From contig CAVWIG010000018.1 of NCBI GenBank assembly GCA_963754945.1, positions 1 through 64,000 on the forward strand: 64,000 bases of DNA, read 5' to 3'. Below are positions 41,207-50,419 of this stretch, piece by piece. A model generated the notes under the pieces. The model did not search any database, was not told the origin of the DNA, and worked only from the letters and a program-made list of their open reading frames with translations. The DNA comes from Methanotrichaceae archaeon. Its GTDB lineage: Archaea > Halobacteriota > Methanosarcinia > Methanotrichales > Methanotrichaceae. A program made the translations under genes and the position numbers. Every line of letters starts with the position of its first letter. Positions within the stretch are counted from its first letter, which is position 1.

Positions 41207-43135
41207 TCAGTGCTTGGGGTCTAGACGAAAAGGGATGGAAGTGGATGCCATCTCCCCATACCTACCGGTGAGATCTACCTCTACTTGGTAGTTTCCCGGG
41301 TTCCAGAAGCTCGTCTCCCAGGGTCCTGAATAGATTCCGTTTGAATCAAAATCCTCCAAAGGGATCTCCATCGTCCTTTCTGGGCCGACGATCCGTGTGT
41401 TGACCTCTTTAACATCACCGGACACCCTGGCCTCGATGTTAACTGGATCACCTACAGTCGCATTGTACCTGCTGAGATCCACCTCCAGCAGCTTTGCCCC
41501 CGTCAACCAGTCGGGCCCGTCTTCGATGCCCGCAAGAGCAGACGTCAGGTTCAGCGCTCCATAGCCGTAAACATTGTCCGGCCCAGCGTCGCCAAGGTCG
41601 GTTGACGTCTTCAGCAGTACCCTCTTCACATCAGCAGGCTTCATATCCGGCCTGGCCTGCAAGAGCAGTGCCGCCGACCCAGAGACTTGAGGAACGGCCA
41701 TAGACGTGCCGCTCATGGAGCTATACTGATCTTTTGTGCCGGAAAGGGCCGATACTACGTCCACGCCCAGGGTCACAATGTCCGGCTTTATATCTCCGTT
41801 AGGGGCTGGCCCCCGGGAAGATTGCTCGAAGATTGAACCCCGGTTGTCTATGGCCCCTACAGTTATGACTCTATCCGAATCACCGGGTATGACAATGGAC
41901 TTAGGGGCCGGCCCGGAGTTGCCAGCGGCAACGCACATGACCAGGCCTTTGTCCACCATCCGGTTGCAGGCCAGGTCCAAGAGGGAGTTCCCATCCGCAG
42001 GCCCTTCGCCCCCGACCGAAAAGGAGACCACCTTTATCCCGTACTTGTCTTTGTTCTCCAGACACCAGTCCAAGGCCTTGATGGCATCGGATAGATAGCA
42101 GGCCCCATCTCTGTCCATGACCTTCACCACCACAAGTTTTGCATCCGGCGCCACGCCACCCTTGTCGCCATCTCCGGCTATTAGGTCGGCACAGTGAGTG
42201 CCGTGGCCGTTGTCGTCGTAGGGGCTGGACTGGTTGTTCACGAAGTCCTTGAAAGCGATTATTTTGTTGCCCTTAAGAGATTTGTGATTTGGATCTGCAC
42301 CTGTGTCGAGAAGGGCAACGGTCACACCGTCTCCCAACAGGTTGTGCCCCGCTCTAGGATCATCAATCCCCCTGGCTAAAGCAGGGGGATAGTCCCCCCC
42401 CGGAGACGCCATCACCTTTAGCTTCTGGTCTTTGTAGACGCCTTTGACGCCCTTGAGATGAGCAAGCTCAGCCAGCTTGGTACCAGGAACGATCATGGAA
42501 CTTCCCGGAATGATCTTTAACCTGTCCGCTCCTGAAAGGTTGCCGTCATGAAGAACGATCACTCGAAGATCTTTGCCCATTTGGTTCTCTAGGCTGTCAT
42601 CGATGTGATTGCCGTTTAGGTCATTGGGGTCGAGAATGGTAAAGTTCGTGGCGGTCTCTGATCTAGCAGCATTTCCGGCCTTATCTATGGCAACTATGGT
42701 CACCCTATAGGTTCCCGGTGGGAAGTTAGATCCGCAATAGCCTTTGAATTCGTTTTTCCTTTGGAGATCCAGCATGAGGTTCATGCGGTTCCCCACCTCG
42801 GCGTATACCATTTTTATGCCCGCCGGATCGTATACGTCGGCATCGATCTCAGCGCTTGGATCGCCGATCTTTAAAAAAGATGGGACCACGGACGCACCGA
42901 AAATGGTAGGCGGCGTCGCGTCGTTCAGGGGCTTGAACAGATTGGACGGGACTACTGGTATTCCAAAAATAGTGGGCATTTGGGTTTCGTTCGGGATGGG
43001 CCTCAATAGAATGCCGGACTCGGAATGGAACCACTGGAGCGCCTTGTCCTCCTGGCCCTCTGAAAGAAGGGCCGCACCGCTGACCAGACACACCAGAAGG
43101 AGAAAAGAGAGTTGGTAGCTGGAGTTCACACTCAC
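41207..43135 (-). CDS. Secreted S8 (subtilisin-like) serine peptidase with flanking Ig-like modules
   Basis: Signal peptide; catalytic triad motifs LLDTG, GHGTHCA and SGTSMA; AAGNSG oxyanion motif. Confidence 0.93.
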   Translation of the reverse strand: MSVNSSYQLSFLLLVCLVSGAALLSEGQEDKALQWFHSESGILLRPIPNETQMPTIFGIPVVPSNLFKPLNDATPPTIFGASVVPSFLKIGDPSAEIDADVYDPAGIKMVYAEVGNRMNLMLDLQRKNEFKGYCGSNFPPGTYRVTIVAIDKAGNAARSETATNFTILDPNDLNGNHIDDSLENQMGKDLRVIVLHDGNLSGADRLKIIPGSSMIVPGTKLAELAHLKGVKGVYKDQKLKVMASPGGDYPPALARGIDDPRAGHNLLGDGVTVALLDTGADPNHKSLKGNKIIAFKDFVNNQSSPYDDNGHGTHCADLIAGDGDKGGVAPDAKLVVVKVMDRDGACYLSDAIKALDWCLENKDKYGIKVVSFSVGGEGPADGNSLLDLACNRMVDKGLVMCVAAGNSGPAPKSIVIPGDSDRVITVGAIDNRGSIFEQSSRGPAPNGDIKPDIVTLGVDVVSALSGTKDQYSSMSGTSMAVPQVSGSAALLLQARPDMKPADVKRVLLKTSTDLGDAGPDNVYGYGALNLTSALAGIEDGPDWLTGAKLLEVDLSRYNATVGDPVNIEARVSGDVKEVNTRIVGPERTMEIPLEDFDSNGIYSGPWETSFWNPGNYQVEVDLTGRYGEMASTSIPFRLDPKH

Positions 43136-43143
43136 TTCCGCTA

Positions 43144-44646
43144 TTAGTTTCCAACCTTTTTATACTTACTGGTGTCTTTTCCTGCGCCCACTATCTTGAT
43201 CTCCAGAACGTTATCGAAGGTCTTCGTTATTCCAGAGGCAGAAACAACTATGGCGACCTGATAGGAACCAGGTCCCACATTGGCGTTCCAGATCCCAGAG
43301 TACTCATCACCAGCGATCTGTTTCATGACCACCCGACCAACAGTTGAACCTGTAGAGTCAATTACCGTCGCTGCACAGGTGAAGCTTCCAGCCTGAGAGA
43401 GGGCGGTCGTCTGGCCGGAGTTGCCAAGCTGGGCTACACCGCTGGACTTGTTTATGTTGGCGAACCCCTGGGGAGATCCGAATCCACAGGTCGCACAGCC
43501 CTTTATAGTCAGGATGGTCTTGTTGGTGGCATTTCCGGTTGCGGTTGAGCTGGGGTTGGCAATCTTCTTGGCCACTCCAAAGAGGGCAGTGATCTTGATT
43601 GGGCTACCCTGGGTGGCTGGGTTGGGATCTGCACGGATGTCCTCCAGTCGAGGAATCCCTGGCTGGTTTGCCATCCAGTCCTGCCAGGAATAGAGGGATG
43701 CGTTGTAGCCCAAAGTCTCCAGAGCGAACCAGACGCTGCCTGCCTGGGCTCCTGTGTCGGAGTAAACGACAACAGGCAACGTCTTGTCAATGCTTGAGAA
43801 CAGATCTCTCAGTTCTACATCGCTCTTCAATTGACCGTTGTCCATAACCTGATCATAGGGAATGTTCAGGGCCTTGGGTATATAACCCAATCCGAACTCC
43901 TGGAAGGACCTGGCGTCAACGATCTGCACCTTGCCATTCTTCACATAATCGTATGTGGCCAATAGACCAGAATTGAGCTTGGGCGTATAGGTGACCTTTG
44001 GCAGTACATTTGGCACAGTTTCCGTGGGAAGCTTGGCCGCAACCCAGTCTTCTATACCTCCGTCCAGAATCTTGACATTGTCGTGTCCCAGATATTTCAG
44101 GATCCAGTAGACATAAGCAGAGTTAACGCCACAGGGCAGGCACTGGCCGTAGACAAGGACAGAATCCCGTTCGGAGATGCCGGCGTCCCCTAGGATCTTG
44201 GCAACTTCGGAGACAGGCTTCAGAGAACCATTGTTCATGAACTTGGCGTAGGGTACGCTGATAGCGCCCTGGATGTATTCAGTGGCCTCGGGACTGACGT
44301 CAAGGATTACATCGTAACCGAGTGGACTGAGGTTTGTAGACGATGCACCTGTCGGTGAAAAACTGGAGATGAGAGCCAGATCTTGCTGAAAGCTGCTGCT
44401 CCGCGGAGGATCAACCTTCTTTGGTTTGGGAGTGCTTGCCACTGCCTGCTGTGTTGTAACCTGGTCGGGAGTAGTTTGTACCGTGGAGTTGTCGCTCAAA
44501 AAGCTTTGAGCTGAATTAGGCCAGGGATCTGCTTTTAACTTTTCGCAAATTGAGCAATATGCCAACGAATTTGATATCAATAAGCCCATTATTGCCAAGA
44601 GAGTTACAACCCATTTCGTTCCATTTCCTGTCATATTCGCTCCCAC
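43144..44646 (-). CDS. Exported tandem-rhodanese (sulfurtransferase-like) protein 3 with C-terminal Ig-like domain
   Basis: Signal peptide; LDVS..EYIQGA, ILDGGIEDW and IVDARS..GYIPKA; domain-2 loop YSDTGAQA has no Cys. Alternative start is the ATG at 44634. Confidence 0.85.
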   Translation of the reverse strand: MGANMTGNGTKWVVTLLAIMGLLISNSLAYCSICEKLKADPWPNSAQSFLSDNSTVQTTPDQVTTQQAVASTPKPKKVDPPRSSSFQQDLALISSFSPTGASSTNLSPLGYDVILDVSPEATEYIQGAISVPYAKFMNNGSLKPVSEVAKILGDAGISERDSVLVYGQCLPCGVNSAYVYWILKYLGHDNVKILDGGIEDWVAAKLPTETVPNVLPKVTYTPKLNSGLLATYDYVKNGKVQIVDARSFQEFGLGYIPKALNIPYDQVMDNGQLKSDVELRDLFSSIDKTLPVVVYSDTGAQAGSVWFALETLGYNASLYSWQDWMANQPGIPRLEDIRADPNPATQGSPIKITALFGVAKKIANPSSTATGNATNKTILTIKGCATCGFGSPQGFANINKSSGVAQLGNSGQTTALSQAGSFTCAATVIDSTGSTVGRVVMKQIAGDEYSGIWNANVGPGSYQVAIVVSASGITKTFDNVLEIKIVGAGKDTSKYKKVGN

Positions 44647-44650
44647 TAAA

Positions 44651-45529
44651 TCATCTCGTAGTATTTTGAGATCTTTCAGGACCCATAGTTCGGCTTGTAT
44701 TTTCAGAGTTCTTGTGCGTTAACCAGTCATTCCAGGTGTAAAGGCTCGCTTTATAGCCCAAGAACTCCAGGGCGAAACAGACCATCGATGCCTTCACTCC
44801 GGTTGCGGAATAGACAACCACCGATCGGTCCTTACCCAGTCCTGAAAAGAGAAGACTCAAAGCGTTGCGGTCTTTGAGCTTGTCTTTCTCCAGTACGGCA
44901 TCGTAGGGGATGTTGATGGAGCCGGGTATCGAGCCAACGCTGCGATCCTGTGGTGTCCTAGCATCGACGATCTGTGCCTTGTTGTTCTTAACCAAATCAT
45001 AAGTCGCTAGCAGCTCGGGCCTCAACTCTGGCTTGTAATCAGACTTCGGCCTGACCACTGGCATATTCTCCGTTGGAAGCTTGGCTGCAGCCCAATCACT
45101 AATTTCCCCATTCAATAAGCCTGTCTTCTCTTGCCCGAGGTACTTCATGATCCAGTATGTGTAAGTGGCAGCCGACGGACCACCGCCACAAGGCAGACAC
45201 TCACCGTAAACCACAACAGAGTCGTTACGAGAGATCCCTGCATCTCCAAGGATCCTGGCTAACTCTGAATCAGGTTTAAGACGCTTGTCTTGATCAAAGA
45301 ACTCCACGTAGTTAAGGTTGATTGCGCCCGGGATGTACTGAGTTGCATTCGGGCTTACGTCCAGAATCACATCGTAATTCTTGACATCTGAGAGCGGGAC
45401 CAAAATCTGGCCAGAGCCGTTCTCCTCATCAGCACTTCCGCCGGTAAGTTTACCAGAGATGGAAAAAAAAGCGGCTACTGCAACAAGAAGCACCAAAGCC
45501 GCCACAAAACCCCTATTACGAAACGTCAT
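44651..45529 (-). CDS. Exported/membrane-anchored tandem-rhodanese protein 2
   Basis: N-terminal hydrophobic segment, YIPGAINL, YGECLPCGGG and IVDART..SIPGS; domain-2 loop YSATGVKAS. Confidence 0.85.
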   Translation of the reverse strand: MTFRNRGFVAALVLLVAVAAFFSISGKLTGGSADEENGSGQILVPLSDVKNYDVILDVSPNATQYIPGAINLNYVEFFDQDKRLKPDSELARILGDAGISRNDSVVVYGECLPCGGGPSAATYTYWIMKYLGQEKTGLLNGEISDWAAAKLPTENMPVVRPKSDYKPELRPELLATYDLVKNNKAQIVDARTPQDRSVGSIPGSINIPYDAVLEKDKLKDRNALSLLFSGLGKDRSVVVYSATGVKASMVCFALEFLGYKASLYTWNDWLTHKNSENTSRTMGPERSQNTTR

Positions 45530-45608
45530 ACTTCCCGCTTTTTTAGATGGGGAAGAGATCCAGTTTGGGATCTCAACTCACTTTCTAATGCGCTTACTTT
45601 GAATTTAG

Positions 45609-46784
45609 TTATCTATGCTGTTCCTGCCAAGTAGAAAGCCTGGCATCGTAGCCCATGATCTCCAGGGCAAACCAGACTAAAGATGCCTTTACACCGGTAG
45701 TGGTATAGACCACAACGGGCTTATTCTTGCGGATGCCTGAGAACAGCACCTTCAACTTGGCCTCATCCTTTATCCTTCCATTAGTCATGACGCTGTCATA
45801 AGGAATATTGATGGAACCAGGAATAGATTCAGCTCCAAACTCCTGTAGGCTTCTAGCGTCCACTAACTGGAATCCGCCGTTCTTAACCTGTTCGTAAGTT
45901 GCCAGAAGCTCTGGCTTCTGTTCAAAGGTGTAATTGGTCTTTGGTCTAGACTGCGACTCGTTTGTCACAGGATTGTTAGCCTCTGCCCAGTTCGCTATTC
46001 CGCCGTCAAGAACTCGAATCTTTGCAGGATCGTGGCCGAGATAGCGCATTATCCAGTATGCATAGGTGGATACAGCCGGCCCTCCGCCACAGGGCTTGCA
46101 CTCGCCATATATCAAAACGCTGTTGTTACGAGCGATCCCCGCGTTGCTCAGGATCTTGGCTAGTTCGGAGGTTGGCCTGAGCGTACTGTTGTTCTGGAAA
46201 TTCAGGTAGTCGATATGTACAGCTCCCGGAATGAATTTGGAAACGCCATCGCTCACATCCAGAATCACATCGTACTGGGATATGTTGGATAGCGGAGCCG
46301 TCATAGCATAAAAGCCGCTGCTTCTCTTGGGCTCGGTGTTGTTGGCAGGCTTGCTAACTGGTTGGCTAACTGGCTGGCTAACTGGCTGGCTAACTGGCTC
46401 GCTTATAGATTGGTTGGCTGGCAGTTCTACGCTGGTGCCGGTTCCTGCCGAGGCTGCTCTTGCGGCCTGGGGTGAATTGGCCTCTCCGGAACTAGAACTG
46501 TTGCCTAAATCCGTCTGATTCCACCGGTATTGCCTTGAAGTCTTTGCCCAATTATGGCCCGGTTCTACCTGACTTTGATCTGCTTGGGGGGTACCCATAT
46601 TGTCCAGCTCAGCCATAGGGTCCCACGCGCTTCCACCGGAAGTGGTACATTTCACCCCTATATATTTACCCAAATCTCCACATTCGCTAGCTTGCGTAAC
46701 ATGCGCCAGCGCTGAAAGCATGAAAAGCCCAGCCCCGATGCAGATCAACGTAATCCAATTCTGTTTTGATTTCCATAAGCTCAT
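45609..46784 (-). CDS. Exported tandem-rhodanese protein 1
   Basis: Signal peptide, low-complexity linker, FIPGAVH, YGECKPCGGG and LDGGIANW; domain-2 loop YTTTGVKAS; ATGA overlap with the upstream gene. Confidence 0.85.
   Translation of the reverse strand: MSLWKSKQNWITLICIGAGLFMLSALAHVTQASECGDLGKYIGVKCTTSGGSAWDPMAELDNMGTPQADQSQVEPGHNWAKTSRQYRWNQTDLGNSSSSGEANSPQAARAASAGTGTSVELPANQSISEPVSQPVSQPVSQPVSKPANNTEPKRSSGFYAMTAPLSNISQYDVILDVSDGVSKFIPGAVHIDYLNFQNNSTLRPTSELAKILSNAGIARNNSVLIYGECKPCGGGPAVSTYAYWIMRYLGHDPAKIRVLDGGIANWAEANNPVTNESQSRPKTNYTFEQKPELLATYEQVKNGGFQLVDARSLQEFGAESIPGSINIPYDSVMTNGRIKDEAKLKVLFSGIRKNKPVVVYTTTGVKASLVWFALEIMGYDARLSTWQEQHR
46353..46400 (-). repeat. Four tandem 12-nt repeats encoding a PVS(Q/K) linker
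   Basis: GCTAACTGG(C/T)T(G/C) x4 on the plus strand. Confidence 0.85.
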
Positions 46785-48256
46785 GATCTTCCCCCATTGG
46801 ATGATGACGGACTGAAAGTTCCCGATCCCCTCGGAATTACCTCAATCTCCCCTATACTCACCTTAAGTTCGTTTCCTCTGGCGTCCCCGACGCTGAGTTC
46901 CAGGTCGTACTTTCCTGGGTCCATCAGGGCAGTCGCAAGAGTTCCCTGGTAAACGTCTCCAGCCAGGGCCATAGATACATACCCTCCGGGCGCCACACCC
47001 TTGGGGCCCATGGCATGTACAACAACAGACCCGAGATCGTACTTGGAATTAATCTTGACCTTAACGGCAACGTTATTGCCCACAGTGACCGAAATAGGGT
47101 CGATGCTCTTTTCTATGATCTTGATGGGCTGGACCTGGTTGCCAATCAGCGGATATCTGTCCGTAGAATGGTCATTTATCTTATAAGGCTCGTCCCCGAT
47201 GCGATCACTTCCAGGGGCGTCCTGGCCGGGGCCGCTCATCTTGTCCTGTCCGAGATAATCGCTCCACATGTTCCCGCCCGTGGGGTAAGCTGCGTTCCAG
47301 GTATTCGAGCCGCGGTCGTCGGCCTGAATTACGTTATTGGCCATGCGGTTGCCATATAGCAGGTTGCCGCTCGAATCCAAGAAGATGCCGGTTTGACTGT
47401 TGGAGACGTTGTTCCCGACTATCGTGTTGCCGTCAGATCCGCTCTGGATCTGGATACCGTAGCGCGAGTTATCTGATATGATATTGCCCTTTATTGCATT
47501 CTTTCCAGAACTCTCCATCAGCGTTATTCCTGCCACCGCATTATTCGTTATCGTGTTGTTCACAATAGTGTTGTCGTGGCTACCAAAGCGCATGTCTACG
47601 CCGGAGTTAGTGTTTCTTACAAGGGTATTGGACTCAATGAGGTTGTTTGTGCAATCTCTGAACATGTAGAGCCCATACATATTTCTTTCCAGGACGTTGC
47701 CTTTTATGGTGTTGTTGTTGCAGGATGGAAACAGGTTGATGCCGTACGCGCCATTGCCGATGGCAGCATTGTCCACTATCAGGTTATGGTTCGAGTTGGT
47801 GAGGTATATTCCATACCAGCCCTCGCCCCCCAGGCCGTTAAAGCTGGCGTTGTTGCGCTCTACTACGTTGTCGTCGGAGAACTTCAGCATAATTCCTGGC
47901 TGGGTACATCGTATTACAGTGTTGTCGGATATCTTGCAGTTGGTGACGTTCTCAAGGTTTATCCCGTAGAAGCCGTCCCTTACCAGGAACCCGGAGATGT
48001 TAACTTTGTCAGCCAGCACCCTTACGCACGCATCCATACCGCCGGCTCTGATCGTTGCACCGTTTCCTACAAGGCTCAGGCTCTTGGCGATCTCTATCTT
48101 ATCGTAGACACCTGGACCAACATGAAGAACGTCACCGGTAGCGGCAGCGTCTATCGCGGCCTGCAGGTTGGAGCTCACCTGGACGGTCGCCGCGCATGCG
48201 CACGGCAAGAGCAGAGCCGCTAATGCAATATAACATAAGTAGGGGGCCGTTCTCAA
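46781..48256 (-). CDS. Secreted right-handed beta-helix (NosD/CASH-like) protein with C-terminal Ig-like domain
   Basis: LQAAIDAAATGD, repeated GI.L..S.NN.I..N units, and GGNMWSDYLG..DRIGDEPY...DRYPL typical of methanogen NosD-domain proteins. Confidence 0.9.
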   Translation of the reverse strand: MRTAPYLCYIALAALLLPCACAATVQVSSNLQAAIDAAATGDVLHVGPGVYDKIEIAKSLSLVGNGATIRAGGMDACVRVLADKVNISGFLVRDGFYGINLENVTNCKISDNTVIRCTQPGIMLKFSDDNVVERNNASFNGLGGEGWYGIYLTNSNHNLIVDNAAIGNGAYGINLFPSCNNNTIKGNVLERNMYGLYMFRDCTNNLIESNTLVRNTNSGVDMRFGSHDNTIVNNTITNNAVAGITLMESSGKNAIKGNIISDNSRYGIQIQSGSDGNTIVGNNVSNSQTGIFLDSSGNLLYGNRMANNVIQADDRGSNTWNAAYPTGGNMWSDYLGQDKMSGPGQDAPGSDRIGDEPYKINDHSTDRYPLIGNQVQPIKIIEKSIDPISVTVGNNVAVKVKINSKYDLGSVVVHAMGPKGVAPGGYVSMALAGDVYQGTLATALMDPGKYDLELSVGDARGNELKVSIGEIEVIPRGSGTFSPSSSNGGRS

Positions 48257-48464
48257 ACCACCACCGACATCAAGAGCAGTTGAGGTGTTAATAAAGCTAA
48301 CGTGGAACTTCTCACGCTTAGTAAATGGCTAAGGGGGTATAATAAAGGATGGTCTTTGTCGGTCTAACATGGGGTTCATATAAGCATTTGTCCATCAGGT
48401 GATAAATAACATGAAGTAAAGCCTTTTTATATTCCTGGCTAACAGTGTATAGGAGGAACTTATC

Positions 48465-49028
48465 TTGAGATATTTGTATGCACTTGTGGGACTGGCCGTG
48501 CTGCTGAGTGCGGCATCGGCTACGGCGGGAGACTTCAAAGTCCAGATGGATGTGGCTACATATGTGGATTCTGCGAATGCGAACGCCAACTTCAGCGTGA
48601 ACAACGACACACTGTGGGCGGCTTCCACCGATGGGAAACCTGTGAAGGAGGTATACCTGAGCTATGTCAACAACTTCGGAACGGTTGGTGTCTTCAATCC
48701 AGATACGGTGACGTCTGCGTCTCTAAAGCTCAGTGCAAAGAACGTTACCAAACCGGGAACTATCAAGGCTTATTTCGTCCACGGAGCGACTATGGAAACA
48801 GCAACCTGGAAAGACAAGCCCGAGTATAACACTAGCGTGTCTTCCTCCTTGGATGTGCAGAAAGATGGCGAGTACACTATGGATGCGACGCCACTCATCA
48901 AGATGGCAGTCAAAACCTGCACAGAAGGCTGTCCTTACTCTATTGTCCTGGTGGCTGACGATAATGCGTCGGTAGGGTTTTCCAAGGATGCCCAGAAGCC
49001 TTCATTGGACTACACAACGACGGGTTGA
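48465..49028 (+). CDS. Secreted DNRLRE/CBM96-like beta-sandwich protein
   Basis: Signal peptide; ATYVDSANANANF, VTSASLKL, ETATWKDKP and MDATPLIK patterns. Confidence 0.65.
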   Translation: MRYLYALVGLAVLLSAASATAGDFKVQMDVATYVDSANANANFSVNNDTLWAASTDGKPVKEVYLSYVNNFGTVGVFNPDTVTSASLKLSAKNVTKPGTIKAYFVHGATMETATWKDKPEYNTSVSSSLDVQKDGEYTMDATPLIKMAVKTCTEGCPYSIVLVADDNASVGFSKDAQKPSLDYTTTG

Positions 49029-49114
49029 GGCCTAAACGGCCCACAACAACTCTTTCCAACCAACCTCTTTTGAGAATGTCTTCTTTTTATATAACTTCCA
49101 CTAGGTAGATCCTG

Positions 49115-50248
49115 ATGCATCGTTCCCTTTGGAGAGGGCTATCCCTTATCCTCTGGATTCTGCTGTTTTTCAGCGTTGTCAGCGCCAGCACTGATGTTAT
49201 ACTGATAAAGTCTCCCGGGTGCCATAAGTGCGCTGATGCGGAGAGGGAATTGAACAGCATCATGTCTGAGGATAAGGACATCAATCTGACCTCTTACGAC
49301 TACTTCTCAGACGACGGCCACCGGGTTATCAGGACATACCGAACCAAAGATGTGCCCGCCATTGTGATCGGTAAGCAGGTAATAAACTACAGGGATTACA
49401 ACGGCGACAACCAAAAGCTGGATAGGATGATCAGAGCGGCCCTGGCCAATCAGAGTTCCGGCATCAACTCTAGCTCCATTAACTCCAGCACGAATATAAG
49501 CACTATTATCCCCAATCAGAGCTCAGGCAATCAGAGCTTTTACGGTAGCAGCGAGATCGACCTAAGCAGGATGTCGTGGTCCACCATCTTCACGGTCTTC
49601 GCTGCTGGTCTCCTGGCCGGGTTCAACCCCTGCCTCCTTGGGATCCTGGTCTTTTTGGCTGCCTCGGTGATGTCCAGCACCGGCCGACGGAGGGAGCTCA
49701 TGATGATGATCGTCTCCTTCTCCCTTGGGATCTTCACGATGTACTTCCTCTTTGGACTTGGGATGCAGCACCTGCTCCAGGCAAAGACCGCTGCGGATGG
49801 ATTCAGGTATGTGCTCACTTTCTTCCTAGTCGTACTAGGGCTGATGCACGTCGAGGACGCGCGCAGGTTATACAAAGGAGGGCACTCCATGTTTCGGACT
49901 GACTGGGTGATGAAGTACGTTGAAGCAGGGGTCAACGGAAAGAAGCTCAGCTCTTACTTCCTGATAGGTGCCCTCTTCTCCCTGGTAAAGGCTCCCTGTG
50001 TGGGCGCTGTCTATCTCGCGATCTTGGACGCAATCTCAGCTCGCAGCTATGCCGAAGGTTCTGTCTACCTGCTCTTCTACAACCTGGGGATAGTGCTTCC
50101 CATAATCCTCCTGGGCGGGTTAATAGCCCTCGGAACGAGCCCTGAACAGGTGGACAAGTTCAGGAAGGACTACCGAGCTGCATTAAGGCTGATAACCGGC
50201 CTGGCCCTCCTGGCCCTGGCACCGCTGATATACTACCAGCTAATCTAA
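49115..50248 (+). CDS. Thioredoxin-like (CxxC) domain fused to a CcdA/DsbD-type transmembrane thiol-disulfide transporter
   Basis: Signal peptide, SPGCHKC, and the membrane PC motifs GFNPCLL and KAPCVGAVY. Confidence 0.88.
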   Translation: MHRSLWRGLSLILWILLFFSVVSASTDVILIKSPGCHKCADAERELNSIMSEDKDINLTSYDYFSDDGHRVIRTYRTKDVPAIVIGKQVINYRDYNGDNQKLDRMIRAALANQSSGINSSSINSSTNISTIIPNQSSGNQSFYGSSEIDLSRMSWSTIFTVFAAGLLAGFNPCLLGILVFLAASVMSSTGRRRELMMMIVSFSLGIFTMYFLFGLGMQHLLQAKTAADGFRYVLTFFLVVLGLMHVEDARRLYKGGHSMFRTDWVMKYVEAGVNGKKLSSYFLIGALFSLVKAPCVGAVYLAILDAISARSYAEGSVYLLFYNLGIVLPIILLGGLIALGTSPEQVDKFRKDYRAALRLITGLALLALAPLIYYQLI

Positions 50249-50419
50249 GCCTGAATTATCTCGATCAAGGTGGCTTGGACACATAACCAGGTCCAGGCAA
50301 GCTTTTCAGCTTATGTCATAGTGCAGTCCAGTATAATACCATCAGCCAGCAGTCCTCCTCCTGCACCATTGGCAAAAGGATTAATAGAGCGATGATCCTC
50401 TCGATAGCGAGGTGAACTT

